Shown here one piece after another: positions 53,988 through 64,000 of a DNA stretch of 64,000 bases. Both the position numbers and the translations under genes were made by a program. Under the pieces are notes generated by a model. That model had not been told where the DNA came from and searched no databases. It saw nothing but the letters and a program-made list of their open reading frames with translations. Numbering within the stretch: position 1 is the first letter of the stretch; each line of letters starts with the position of its first letter. Where the stretch lies: IMG/VR virus record IMGVR_UViG_3300027608_000010, one strand, 5' to 3'. Source of the stretch: a virus (Duplodnaviria; Caudoviricetes).

Positions 53988-54728
53988 TTATCCTCCAAAT
54001 ACCATAGACATTGCTATGGATTTTCCTAATGTTGTCATTGCTGATCCGTTTGCTGTAATGTTTGTTGCATTCAGTGTGTTAGTACTTGTGTTAAATGTTA
54101 GATTAGCAGATCCAGCTAGCGCACCACCAGAATTAATTTGAATTTGAGTATTTGATCCTGCCGCTGTAGCAGTATTAATAGCTGGGCCAAATGTAATTAC
54201 TTCAATAGGAGTAGTGTTTGGTGGTGCTGTTGTGAATGTTAATGTTGTCCCACTAACACTATAATTAACTTTTTCTTGTGTAATGCCGCCAATTGTTACT
54301 AATGTAAAGTTTTTGTTTGTTGGTGTTGTGCTTAGTGTATATGCTACAGTTGAGCCGTTGCCTGTAAAACTATCAAATGTTAACCCAGTTAATACTCCAA
54401 CTGCTGCCGAATTCCATGATTTGACTTCAATAACTGAACCTACATCAGGTATACCAGTAAATGTTACTATGTTTGTTGATAATGTATAAGCACTTTTTAA
54501 CTGACTTACACCGTCAATATTAATGCTGATAAAGTCTGCACTGCTTGGGGTGACACTTAAAGTAAATGCTACTGTACTACCATTACCAGTAAAAGTATCA
54601 ACATATACACTTAGTGTTGGTAGTGTAGATGGGTTTCGTGTCCAAGAACCGTATGTACTGTTGTAGGTATACGTGATACCATTTTGTACCGCTACTTGAC
54701 CGTTTGTTGGACTACTTGGAAATGCCAT
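53988..54728 (-). CDS. virion fibre-associated protein with two FTGNGST repeats
   Basis: MAFPSSP.NGQ start, two FTGNGSTVA(F/Y)TLS modules, C-terminal KSIAMSMVFGG. Confidence 0.7.
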   Translation of the reverse strand: MAFPSSPTNGQVAVQNGITYTYNSTYGSWTRNPSTLPTLSVYVDTFTGNGSTVAFTLSVTPSSADFISINIDGVSQLKSAYTLSTNIVTFTGIPDVGSVIEVKSWNSAAVGVLTGLTFDSFTGNGSTVAYTLSTTPTNKNFTLVTIGGITQEKVNYSVSGTTLTFTTAPPNTTPIEVITFGPAINTATAAGSNTQIQINSGGALAGSANLTFNTSTNTLNATNITANGSAMTTLGKSIAMSMVFGG

Positions 54729-54748
54729 TATATTACCTTATTCTGTAT

Positions 54749-55675
54749 TTAGTTAAATTGTATACTACCTGAATTTGTAAAGGTATATATCCTATACCCG
54801 GCAACTGCTAGAGAATACGATACTGTGCCTGTAGTAGTAGCCGGTGGATAATCTGTTGAATATCTGATAACTGCAATACCTGAACCACCGTTACCTGCAT
54901 TAGTGCCGGCGGTGTTTTTCATACCGCCACCGCCACCGCCAGAATTTACTCCGCCATTCCCACCGACTGTATTTGTTCCATTCTGGCCGCCGTTTGAACC
55001 TCCTGTGCCTCCAGCTGTTGAACTTCCTCCTCCACCACCACCTGCACCACCGTTGCCCGCTGTCCCAGCGTTCACGCTGCCGCCACCGCCACCCCCGCAA
55101 TAATATGTTGCAGTGCCTGTTATGGAATTTTGTAATCCAATACCACCTGAACCTGCCACTGTGGCGCTTGCACTATTTCCACCAACAGCACCTGCGCCGC
55201 CGCCGCCGGCACCCGCCGAAGCAATGCCTGATATAGCATCACCTCCAGCATTTCCTTGACCTGTGATTGGTTCCCCGCCCAAGTGGTCTGTTACGGAGCT
55301 ACTAACTCCACCGCCACCTGAGGCGCCACTTCCTGGCCTGTTTGGATCTGTGTAACCTCCAATGCCCCATCCACCGCCATATGCATACAAAGAAAAACCA
55401 GTTGATGTGATTGAAGTGTCACCACCTCGTCCTCCATTTGAAGAACTCGCACTGAAGACTCCTGCGGCGCCAGCACCACCGTTACCAACGATTATTGTAT
55501 AGGTTACATTTTTTTTAAAAATAAATGTGCTCTGATAATTATAACCACCAGCACCACCTCCTGCTGATCCACCTCCTCCACCTCCTCCAACCAATAACAT
55601 ATCTACCGTTACAGATTCACTACTTGAATTACTAGTAGTGGATAATTTGCTACTAGATGCTTTTTTAATAGCCAT
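54749..55675 (-). CDS. glycine-rich domain virion protein
   Basis: LLVGGGGGGG...GGSGIAVIRY...YRIYTFTNSGSI. Confidence 0.8.
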   Translation of the reverse strand: MAIKKASSSKLSTTSNSSSESVTVDMLLVGGGGGGGSAGGGAGGYNYQSTFIFKKNVTYTIIVGNGGAGAAGVFSASSSNGGRGGDTSITSTGFSLYAYGGGWGIGGYTDPNRPGSGASGGGGVSSSVTDHLGGEPITGQGNAGGDAISGIASAGAGGGGAGAVGGNSASATVAGSGGIGLQNSITGTATYYCGGGGGGSVNAGTAGNGGAGGGGGGSSTAGGTGGSNGGQNGTNTVGGNGGVNSGGGGGGMKNTAGTNAGNGGSGIAVIRYSTDYPPATTTGTVSYSLAVAGYRIYTFTNSGSIQFN

Positions 55676-55676
55676 A

Positions 55677-56006
55677 TTATGTTAACTCTGTTCCAAATAA
55701 GATAAAGCTAACAGTAGCAGAACTTGCATACACTGTAATTACATCAGTTGTTGCTAATGACATACCGATGTTCAGTGAGACTGTATCATTTGCCGGTAAA
55801 ATAGTATCATATGAAAGATAATGACTTGTTGTCAATGTTGCACCTGCAGGACGAATAGCAATTCTAAATGTTCCTGCAGTTGCGGCTTGATTGCATACGT
55901 TCAGACTAGAAACAACTGCGCTTGTGCCTGCCGGAACAGTGTACAATGTAGTTGCTGTTGTTGCTGCCGGGTTATTGTGTCCTAAAACTTTATATATTAT
56001 TGCCAT
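55677..56006 (-). CDS. small fibre adaptor protein (paralog of 48077-48406)
   Basis: YKVLGH...TLYTVPAGT...CNQAAT...LATTD; 109 aa. Confidence 0.7.
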   Translation of the reverse strand: MAIIYKVLGHNNPAATTATTLYTVPAGTSAVVSSLNVCNQAATAGTFRIAIRPAGATLTTSHYLSYDTILPANDTVSLNIGMSLATTDVITVYASSATVSFILFGTELT

Positions 56007-56015
56007 GAATTGTCC

Positions 56016-56219
56016 TTATTTTGTAAATATGAATGGGTGAATGGTGTCAGTAATGGTAGTAGTAAAACTTAAATTACCCGCGCCATCAGTTGCGATAGTC
56101 TGTCCTGATGAGCCACCAGTAATGTGAACATTTGATATAGCACCTAATGTTACATTAGCCGCAGTAATGTTCAAGTTACTTGTTTGGTCTAGCATCAATG
56201 CTGTTACTTTTGTTGTCAT
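56016..56219 (-). CDS. small fibre-anchor-like protein, 67 aa
   Basis: ITGGSSGQ..TDGAGNLSF module and C-terminal IHPFIF motif. Confidence 0.6.
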   Translation of the reverse strand: MTTKVTALMLDQTSNLNITAANVTLGAISNVHITGGSSGQTIATDGAGNLSFTTTITDTIHPFIFTK

Positions 56220-56228
56220 TTCTTATCC

Positions 56229-59200
56229 TTATGCTCCCATTAACAAGAACGGGCTTAATGTGTCTGTTGTTGCTGTTACTGTTACTGTTACTGCATTACC
56301 AACATTTGATGCGGTTACTCCGGCACCTACGAAATTAATACTTGACACAGCAGTACTTATATTACTACCTTCATCTTTTATTACTATTGCTCCTGCAATA
56401 GCACTATTTGTACTGGTACTAGGTGAACTTATATCAACCCAGTAAGCCGCAGTACCGTCATTCAGATATTCATATAATACATTGCTTGATGTGTTAAACC
56501 ACTGATCACCTAATAAATTACCCGATGCCGGTGGTGATGTAGCTGTAGTATATGTTAAACTTGTACCGCCCACACCGCCTGAAGGTGTTGCCCAACTTAA
56601 ATTTCCTGTACCATCGGTCTTTAAGAAATAATTGGCTGCACCACCGGAAATACGTACACTACTAGTTGAGCCTAAACTTACATTTGCACCAGTGAATGAA
56701 ATATTACCAGTAGCAGTGATTGTACCATTACCAAACACCGTATTAGCTGTTGCGTTTCCTACTGTTAAACTTGTTAAAGTACTAACACTAGTGATGTTTG
56801 GTTGAGCCGCAGTTGTTAGTGTGCCGGTTAAATAGTTACCGCTGATTAAGTTTGCACCGGAAATAACTGAACCAGTACCACTAAGTACAATATCTGCATT
56901 TGTAGTGAGAGTAATATTATTGGGTATTAAATTACCAGTATATGTTGGAAGATATGCGGCTACATTGGTATTACTATAAGTTCCAGAAGACACATTTAAT
57001 AGTCCACTACCGTCACCTACAAAGTAATTTGCTCTTACTACGTTGCCCAAATTAGCAGTAGAAGTCGTTGTATAAGATAAGTTTATATTACCTGCAGTAA
57101 AGTTTCCGGTGTATGTTGGTAGATATGCGGCGGTGTTTGTATTGCTATAAGTACCCGTAATACCAGTTAATTGACTACCATCACCTATAAAGAAATTTGC
57201 AGTAACTGCATTGCCTAAGTTAGCATTTCCACCTGTGACATTGCCCGTAACTGCTAAACTAGTTAGTGTACCCACTGAAGTAATGTTAGTTTGTGCCGCA
57301 GTATATACTGTCCCGGCTACTAATGCATTAGCTACTTGACCGGATACATTAGCTCCAGCTACTGCATTTGCTGTTGTTGCAAATCCAACTGTTATATTTG
57401 CAACATTGGCATCAGTTACAACAATATTGCCGTTCATACCTCCATGAGCAGAACATTGATATTTATAATTACCTGTTATACCATACGGTATCTTCCAATA
57501 TAGTGTTCCTGCTACTTGTCCTTGGGCTGCTGTAGTAGTTAATATTGTTCCTGCAGTGTCAACATGTTCTAAACCAACACTGTAATTCGCACTACCACTT
57601 GTTTGAATTAAGAACGGATGAGTTGCTACACTCAAATTGAAAGCTAATGTTTGTCCACTTGTAACATATATTGCAGGGTTTACTGTTGCGCCGTATTGAT
57701 CGAACAAATATCCGGCTGACCCACTAGCAGTTACACTTAGTCTTGTTGTACTTTGCAGATATAATTCGTCTGTAGTCAACCCAGCCGTACTAAAAGTTGT
57801 AATATTGCCAAAAGTTAATGCACTTAATGCACTACCGTTACCAGTAAAGAAATTAGCAGATATGTAATTTGCACCAGATAAGTTTCCACCAGAGCCGGCG
57901 GTTGTGATATTCCCTATTACATTCATTCCAGTAGAAGTAAACACTACTGTATTTGCTACACCAGCTATAGTTACAGTAATATTACCATTAGAAACAGGAG
58001 TGTTGATATTACTTGTGCCATTTGCTATGCTGTTTGCGATATCAGCACTGCCAGTTGTCAATAAATCAACACCAGTTAAATACGCGGCGTTACCAACAAA
58101 ATAATTTGCTCTTACTGCATTACCTAAGTTAGCAGTAGAAGTCGTTGTATAAGATAAGTTTATATTACCGGCAGTTAAATTACCAGTATATGTTGGTAGA
58201 TATGAGGCTACATTTGTGTTGCTATAACTACCAGCAATACCTGTCAATTGACTACCATCACCAAAATAGTAACTAGCTTTCATATTACCAGTAGTCGTTA
58301 TATAATTACCGGTATTTGCAAATACAACTGTATTTGCAGTTCCACCTATACTAACAGTAATATTACCATTAGCAACAGGAGTATTAATATTACTAGTGCC
58401 ATTTGCTATGCTATTTGCGATATCGGCATTACCAACAGATAGTTGGTCAACACCAGTTAAATAGTAACCATTACCAAGAAAAAAACTACCTGCATTAGCA
58501 ATGATATTTCCGGTTGTGGTGAGTTTTCCTGGTACGTATGTATCACCTGATGCATCTAATAAGGTAAGTGTTCTTGCTACAGTACCAAAACCAACTGCAC
58601 CTGATACGTTATATTGTCTAAAATAGATAGGTTCATTACCGTTATCGGCTGTTGCAAATTCAACAAATCCACCATCGGTTGCTGTACCACCTACAAGAAT
58701 TCTAAAATAGTCGCTTCCGGCCACATTTGCAGAAACTATTGCGGCATTAGTAGTACCTGAAACTGATAGAAATAAATTACCGGTAAATGTACTAGCAGTT
58801 ATACCCGAAGTAGTAAATATTGCAGTATTAGCAATGCCACCAATACCAACAGTAATATTACCACCTGCTGTAGGCGTGTTGATATTACTAGTTCCATTTG
58901 CTATGCTGTTTGCAATATCTGCATTACCAACTGATAGTTGGTCAACACCAGTTAGATAGTAACCATTTCCCTTTACAAAATTTGTACCAGCTTCAATATT
59001 TCCACCAACAAATAATTTCTTAGCTATACCTACACCACCTAGAACTTGAAATGGTGCAACAGAAGTAGACGTTGCCTCCATTGTGCTGTTAACAACTACA
59101 TATGAATTTGTTGTAAAATATATATCATCTTGGTTTACACCAGGGGTGTCATTTTGTACATTTATTTCTAATCTTGTTTGTTCACCAGTTACTGCATAAT

Positions 59201-62200
59201 ATTTAATACTTGCTACGTCAAGTGAGCCGCCACCAGGATTAGATGGCCATATAATACCATTAGTACCATTACCTGTACTTGGTGAAATATAACCTGCAAC
59301 ATTAATACCTGTGCTAGTAAAGATAACCGTATTTGCTGTACCGCCTATAGTAACAGTAATGTTTCCATTTGATGTAGGCGTGTTGATATTACTGGTGCCA
59401 TTTGCTATGCTATTTGCGATATCCGCATTACCAACAGATAATAAATCAACCCCAGTTAAAAATGCACCATTGCCAACAAAATAATTTGCTCTTACTGCAT
59501 TACCTAAGTTAGCAGTTGAAGTAGTCGTGTAAGATAGATTAATATTGCCGGCAGTTAGATTACCAGTATATGTTGGTAGATATGAGGCTACATTTGTGTT
59601 GCTATAAGTTCCAGTTTGTGGATTTGCTGTTAAATATGCGGCGGTGTTTGTATTACTATAAGTACCTGTAATACCAGTTAATTGACTACCATCACCAAAA
59701 TAGTAACTAGCTTTCATATTACCAGTAGTCGTTATATAATTACCGGTATTTGCAAATACAACTGTATTTGCAGTTCCACCTATACTAACAGTAATATTAC
59801 CATTAGCAACAGGAGTATTAATATTACTAGTGCCATTTGCTATACTGTTTGCAATATCCGCATTACCAACAGATAATAAATCAACCCCAGTTAAAAATGC
59901 ACCATTACCAACAAAATAGTTTGCTCTTACTGCATTACCTAAGTTGGCAGTTGAAGTAGTCGTGTAAGATAGATTAATATTGCCGGCAGTTAAGCTAGTT
60001 AATGTACCAACAGAAGTAATGTTTGGTTGTGCGGCTGTTGTTAATGTACCAATGAAATAATTAGAAGTTATTGCGTTTGCACCGGTAATAGAACCTCCGG
60101 TACCTGTACCAGCAGTGACTGTTCCGCCAATATTAGAATAACCTGCTATATTAATACCAGTACTAGTGAATACAACAGCATTGGCTGCGCCACCAACACC
60201 TACTGTGATTGGACCATCTTGGTACGGTGTGTTGATATTACTTGTGCCATTTGCTATGCTGTTTGCTACGTCAGCAGATCCGGCTGCTAGTTGGTCAACC
60301 CCAGTTAAGTAATACCCATTACCAACAAAGTAATTACCTCTAACATTAGCATAACTATTAAAAGTAACTACTTCACTAGATACGCTTACATTACTACCAA
60401 ATCCAAACTCATTGGTTGAATCGTCCCAACCCATGAAAGCATCAACTGTACTACTTCCAGAATAATAGTGTAATAATAAACCGCGGTCTTTGTTGTCGTC
60501 AGCAGATAATGCTGCACCATTTGCTCCGCCACCTAATTCAAATATCGGATCTATTACCCGTGTTGTGGTAGAATTTACTGTAGTTGTTGTTCCATTGACG
60601 GTCAAGTTGCCTACAATTACATTTCCACCTACATTAAGTGTTCCTGCTACATTAACGCCAGTACTGGTAAAGATAACCGTATTACTTGTACCAGTAATAG
60701 ATACTGTTATTGGTCCATTGCCATATGGTGTACTGATATTACTATTGCCATTAGCAATTGCGTTAGCAATATCCGCATTACCAACAGTTAATAAATCAAC
60801 ACCAGTTAAAAATGCACCATTGCCAACAAAATAATTTGCTCTTACTGCATTACCTAAGTTAGCAGTAGAAGTCGTTGTATAAGATAAGTTTATATTACCT
60901 GCAGTAAAGTTTCCGGTGTATGTTGGTAGATATGCGGCGGTGTTTGTATTGCTATAAGTACCCGTAATACCAGTTAATTGACTACCATCACCAAAATAGT
61001 AACTAGCTTTTACATTACCAGTAGTTACGATATAATTACCTGAGTTAGCAAACACCACAGTATTTGCAGTTCCACCTATACTAACAGTAATATTTCCGTT
61101 AGATACAGGTGTATTAATATTGCTAGTGCCATTTGCTATACTGTTTGCGATATCCGCATTACCAACAGATAATAAATCAACCCCAGTTAAAAATGCACCA
61201 TTGCCAACAAAATAATTTGCAATTATATAATTGGCTCCGGATAAATTACCACCTGAACCAATAGTAGATAAATTACCGACAACAAGATTACCTGTGATGT
61301 TTGCATTACCGGCTGTTAAATTACCTGTATATACCGCTAGATAGGCAGCTGTGTTGGTATTACTATAGGTACCAGTTACTGGATTTGCGGTTAAATACGC
61401 GGCAGTGTTTGTATTACTGTATGCATCTGTGATACCATATCCACTAATAGTAGTTGGTTTACCTGAAACATTTGTAAATGTTACTGAGTTAGCAATGTTT
61501 GCATAATGACTTTGTACTGCACTTGCGACATTACCTGATACATTAGTACCTGTTATACTATTGGCTACATTTGCATAATGACTTTGTACTGCACTAGATA
61601 CATTACCTGTGATGTTTGCACCAGTTATATTTGTTAATGCACTACCATTACCAATGAAGTAGTTTGCTGATATGTTGCCAGTATATGTTGGTAGATATGC
61701 GGCGGTGTTTGTATTGCTATATGCGCCTGTAATAGTGATACCAGTTAATTGACTACCATTACCAATGTAGTAATTAGCAGATACGTTACCAGTTACATCT
61801 AAACTAGTTAATGTACCCACACTAGTGATATTAGTTTGTGCCGCGGTATAAACAGTACCGGCAACTAATGCATTAGCTATTTGACCCATTACATTACCGG
61901 CAGCAACTGCATTTGCAGTGGCAGCATATGTTACTTGTCCTACAACATTTGCACCATCAACACTATATGCAACACTGGCTGCACTGACTGTGCCTACGAT
62001 TGCCCCGCCTGTAATACCAGTAAGATGGTATCCATTGCCACTAAAATAATTACTTACAGTAACATTACCTAAATTAGCGTTACCAGAAGTTACATTACCG
62101 GTAACTGCTAAACTTGTTAAGGTGCCAACTGATGTAATATTTGATTGGGACGCTGTAGTGACAGTACCAGCAGTAGTTGCACTTGTTGCAGTACCAGCAC

Positions 62201-62579
62201 TTGTTGCATAAGTTGCATTAGCTACTGTCCCGGTGACATTGGCACCAGTTAGACTGGTTAGACCTGAACCATTTGCAGTAATATTGGTAACGCTTAATGT
62301 GCTTGACGTTTTGTTAAATGTAAATGCAGAACTAGCGCCAAAACTGCTGCCACCGTCATTGTATTGAACTTGAGTATCTGCCCCTACAACTGATCCGGCT
62401 GAAAAAGCCCAAGCTACACCATTAGCATATAATAAATTATTGGTACTAACATAATTTGCACGTGCTATATTACCTAGGTTGGCGTTAGCCGAGACGAGAG
62501 TCCCGGTAGCTGTGACATTGTTAAATGTATAGTTACCGGTTTCATCTACTACTCTTGGTCGTATTTTTTCTAATGACAT
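56229..62579 (-). CDS. giant repetitive tail-fibre shaft protein, 2116 aa
   Basis: About 8 copies of ADIANSIANGTSNINTP and about 9 of YSNTN(T/V)A(A/S)YL; N/T/G/A-rich; ends SPFLLMGA. Confidence 0.8.
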   Translation of the reverse strand: MSLEKIRPRVVDETGNYTFNNVTATGTLVSANANLGNIARANYVSTNNLLYANGVAWAFSAGSVVGADTQVQYNDGGSSFGASSAFTFNKTSSTLSVTNITANGSGLTSLTGANVTGTVANATYATSAGTATSATTAGTVTTASQSNITSVGTLTSLAVTGNVTSGNANLGNVTVSNYFSGNGYHLTGITGGAIVGTVSAASVAYSVDGANVVGQVTYAATANAVAAGNVMGQIANALVAGTVYTAAQTNITSVGTLTSLDVTGNVSANYYIGNGSQLTGITITGAYSNTNTAAYLPTYTGNISANYFIGNGSALTNITGANITGNVSSAVQSHYANVANSITGTNVSGNVASAVQSHYANIANSVTFTNVSGKPTTISGYGITDAYSNTNTAAYLTANPVTGTYSNTNTAAYLAVYTGNLTAGNANITGNLVVGNLSTIGSGGNLSGANYIIANYFVGNGAFLTGVDLLSVGNADIANSIANGTSNINTPVSNGNITVSIGGTANTVVFANSGNYIVTTGNVKASYYFGDGSQLTGITGTYSNTNTAAYLPTYTGNFTAGNINLSYTTTSTANLGNAVRANYFVGNGAFLTGVDLLTVGNADIANAIANGNSNISTPYGNGPITVSITGTSNTVIFTSTGVNVAGTLNVGGNVIVGNLTVNGTTTTVNSTTTRVIDPIFELGGGANGAALSADDNKDRGLLLHYYSGSSTVDAFMGWDDSTNEFGFGSNVSVSSEVVTFNSYANVRGNYFVGNGYYLTGVDQLAAGSADVANSIANGTSNINTPYQDGPITVGVGGAANAVVFTSTGINIAGYSNIGGTVTAGTGTGGSITGANAITSNYFIGTLTTAAQPNITSVGTLTSLTAGNINLSYTTTSTANLGNAVRANYFVGNGAFLTGVDLLSVGNADIANSIANGTSNINTPVANGNITVSIGGTANTVVFANTGNYITTTGNMKASYYFGDGSQLTGITGTYSNTNTAAYLTANPQTGTYSNTNVASYLPTYTGNLTAGNINLSYTTTSTANLGNAVRANYFVGNGAFLTGVDLLSVGNADIANSIANGTSNINTPTSNGNITVTIGGTANTVIFTSTGINVAGYISPSTGNGTNGIIWPSNPGGGSLDVASIKYYAVTGEQTRLEINVQNDTPGVNQDDIYFTTNSYVVVNSTMEATSTSVAPFQVLGGVGIAKKLFVGGNIEAGTNFVKGNGYYLTGVDQLSVGNADIANSIANGTSNINTPTAGGNITVGIGGIANTAIFTTSGITASTFTGNLFLSVSGTTNAAIVSANVAGSDYFRILVGGTATDGGFVEFATADNGNEPIYFRQYNVSGAVGFGTVARTLTLLDASGDTYVPGKLTTTGNIIANAGSFFLGNGYYLTGVDQLSVGNADIANSIANGTSNINTPVANGNITVSIGGTANTVVFANTGNYITTTGNMKASYYFGDGSQLTGIAGSYSNTNVASYLPTYTGNLTAGNINLSYTTTSTANLGNAVRANYFVGNAAYLTGVDLLTTGSADIANSIANGTSNINTPVSNGNITVTIAGVANTVVFTSTGMNVIGNITTAGSGGNLSGANYISANFFTGNGSALSALTFGNITTFSTAGLTTDELYLQSTTRLSVTASGSAGYLFDQYGATVNPAIYVTSGQTLAFNLSVATHPFLIQTSGSANYSVGLEHVDTAGTILTTTAAQGQVAGTLYWKIPYGITGNYKYQCSAHGGMNGNIVVTDANVANITVGFATTANAVAGANVSGQVANALVAGTVYTAAQTNITSVGTLTSLAVTGNVTGGNANLGNAVTANFFIGDGSQLTGITGTYSNTNTAAYLPTYTGNFTAGNINLSYTTTSTANLGNVVRANYFVGDGSGLLNVSSGTYSNTNVAAYLPTYTGNLIPNNITLTTNADIVLSGTGSVISGANLISGNYLTGTLTTAAQPNITSVSTLTSLTVGNATANTVFGNGTITATGNISFTGANVSLGSTSSVRISGGAANYFLKTDGTGNLSWATPSGGVGGTSLTYTTATSPPASGNLLGDQWFNTSSNVLYEYLNDGTAAYWVDISSPSTSTNSAIAGAIVIKDEGSNISTAVSSINFVGAGVTASNVGNAVTVTVTATTDTLSPFLLMGA
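57052..57185. repeat. 134-bp exact direct repeat, copy A (copy B at 60859-60992)
   Basis: Identical on base-by-base comparison. Confidence 0.9.
58246..58409. repeat. 164-bp exact direct repeat, copy A (copy B at 59680-59843)
   Basis: Identical on base-by-base comparison; also explains the twin antisense 64-aa ORFs in the track. Confidence 0.9.
59680..59843. repeat. 164-bp exact direct repeat, copy B
   Basis: Matches 58246-58409. Confidence 0.9.
60859..60992. repeat. 134-bp exact direct repeat, copy B
   Basis: Matches 57052-57185. Confidence 0.9.
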
Positions 62580-62598
62580 GTTAACTATTTAATAGTTG

Positions 62599-64000
62599 TT
62601 ATTTTTGTGTCTTAATCCAGCCCTGTGTAGCATTATAATATACCAATGTTAATGCAGAACGGTTTACAGTAAGAACTAGATTACTTGCAGAACCTTCAAT
62701 ATTTCCACCGTTTCTTGCAATAGTAATATTTTGTGTACCTGCATTACCAGTTGCATCTATAATACCAACTTCATCTCCTACTGACGGACTTCCAGGTAAG
62801 GTCAATGTTACTGCAGCCGTAGTATCAATAAAGTATCTTGTACCAGCAACTGCACTAGTAGCTGAACTAATACTTGAATATACATAACCAACTGTGCCTG
62901 CTACACCACCGGATAGTACAATAACTTCAACAACCGCGCCATTTGGTGGAGGATCACTAAATGTTATAACATTTGTTGCTAAACTAAATGCTGATCTTGG
63001 TTGTGAAACACCACCAATTGTAACAATTAGATAACTGCTAGTTAACGGTGTTGATGACAATGTTTGCATTGTCCAGCTACCGTCACCGGTATAACCGTTA
63101 ACTGCCATTGTAGTTGACGGTAGCGAAGCAAAAGAAAGTACACCTGCTCCATCTGTCTTTAAGAAATAATTTGCTGTACCGCCGGTGATAGTAACATTAC
63201 TGACTGCCCCCAGATTAGTTGTACCAGAAACTGTTAGACTTGTTAATGTTCCTACGCTTGTGATATTACCTTGAGCCGCTGTTGTAACGGTGCCAGCAGT
63301 TGTAGCTGCATTTGCACTAGTTGCATTTGGAACATAACCAGTAACGTTTGCACCAGTTAAACTTGTTAATTGACTACCATTGCCACTAAAGTAATTAGCA
63401 GACACTAAGTTACCACCTGCAACATTACCGGCTGAAATATTACCTGTAACTGTTAAACTTGTTAAAGTACCTGTACTTGTAATATTTGGTTGAGCCGCTG
63501 TTGTTAATGTACCAGTAACATATGTTGCACTTACTAAATTACCACCACTAATTTGTGATGCAGTCCCGCTCATTGCAATATTGCCATTATTAGTTATTGT
63601 TAAACCAGTTAATGTACCAACGGTTGTAATATCAGTTTGACTTGTTGTTTTTATTGTACCATATATATTATCTGTTTTTACATTACCGCCAACACCAACA
63701 CCAACATTTAATGTAAGGTTAGCAGAGGTATATACTAAATTAGAACCGTCATTAGCCAAGTCACCGTATGTAGTTACAACTTGAACTGTACCTGTACCTG
63801 TACCTGTCGCATTAGCTGTGAATATAGTACCAACTGTATTGTTTGCTGAACCAAATGTAGTAAAATCAGAAGTACCGGCTGTAATGATTTTATACCTTGT
63901 ACCTGAAACAACGGTTGTAGCATTTATTGTAGGTCCAAAATGGTTAGTCACACTGGTTGCAAATTGAATAGACCCGTTTGCACCATCAACTTTAATGTTA
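62599..64000 (-). CDS. tail-fibre/virion protein, 5'-truncated by the window edge
   Basis: The frame of the 62599-63951 ORF stays open to position 64000, so GTG 63951 is internal; TTAAQPNIT repeats; C-terminal AVTLTLPGSPSVGDEV..IDA.G domain. Confidence 0.8.
   Translation of the reverse strand, partial: NIKVDGANGSIQFATSVTNHFGPTINATTVVSGTRYKIITAGTSDFTTFGSANNTVGTIFTANATGTGTGTVQVVTTYGDLANDGSNLVYTSANLTLNVGVGVGGNVKTDNIYGTIKTTSQTDITTVGTLTGLTITNNGNIAMSGTASQISGGNLVSATYVTGTLTTAAQPNITSTGTLTSLTVTGNISAGNVAGGNLVSANYFSGNGSQLTSLTGANVTGYVPNATSANAATTAGTVTTAAQGNITSVGTLTSLTVSGTTNLGAVSNVTITGGTANYFLKTDGAGVLSFASLPSTTMAVNGYTGDGSWTMQTLSSTPLTSSYLIVTIGGVSQPRSAFSLATNVITFSDPPPNGAVVEVIVLSGGVAGTVGYVYSSISSATSAVAGTRYFIDTTAAVTLTLPGSPSVGDEVGIIDATGNAGTQNITIARNGGNIEGSASNLVLTVNRSALTLVYYNATQGWIKTQK

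Noticed and set aside
54900-55488. Pro-rich and Arg/Trp-rich ORFs at 54900-55488
   Set aside because: Alternate-frame and antisense shadows of the GGN-rich glycine-rich gene.
58248-59876. Twin 64-aa plus-strand ORFs (58248-58442, 59682-59876)
   Set aside because: Antisense by-products of the 164-bp direct repeat within the fibre gene.
43479-62579. Diversity-generating retroelement or invertible tail-fibre cassette
   Set aside because: No reverse transcriptase or recombinase; repeat pairs are exact and direct rather than adenine-specific TR/VR pairs or inverted sites.
1-64000. CRISPR array, stop-codon reassignment, introns or inteins in nrdAB
   Set aside because: No regularly spaced repeat-spacer units. 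Long ORFs close normally under the standard code and no suppressor tRNA is present. nrdA and nrdB are uninterrupted and of normal length.

Overview
This window is a 64-kb segment of a large, AT-rich, T4-like (myovirus-type) phage genome that uses the standard genetic code. It has four parts. (1) 1-4.4 kb: a minus-strand array of 16 CCA-encoding tRNAs, interrupted by an HNH endonuclease, a few small ORFs and several non-tRNA structured RNAs. Two of these RNAs are ~55-nt mini-RNAs carrying an exact tRNA-Lys(UUU) anticodon loop. The array is headed by an unannotated 46-codon ORF that contains all 20 amino acids and is followed by a mutually exclusive antiterminator/terminator pair, consistent with a translation-sensing attenuator. 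(2) 4.4-30.9 kb: a ~26-kb island of about 30 tailoring enzymes: 9 radical SAM proteins, 8 2OG-Fe(II)-type oxygenases, a glycosyltransferase-like protein, a methyltransferase, an APS-kinase/nucleotidyltransferase fusion, a sulfotransferase, a desaturase, a PP-loop ATPase, a PLP enzyme, and nitroreductase-, SDR- and kinase-like folds. No substrate is obvious, and a hidden aromatic-rich 39-aa ORF lies inside the island. (3) 30.9-39 kb: SleB-like hydrolase, a large structural protein, PAAR spike, glutaredoxin and class Ia nrdAB. (4) 39-64 kb: a modular tail-fibre/receptor-binding region with LamG-repeat giants, repeated small adaptor genes and a 2116-aa repeat protein. All calls come from motif recognition by eye; no database searches or folding programs were run.
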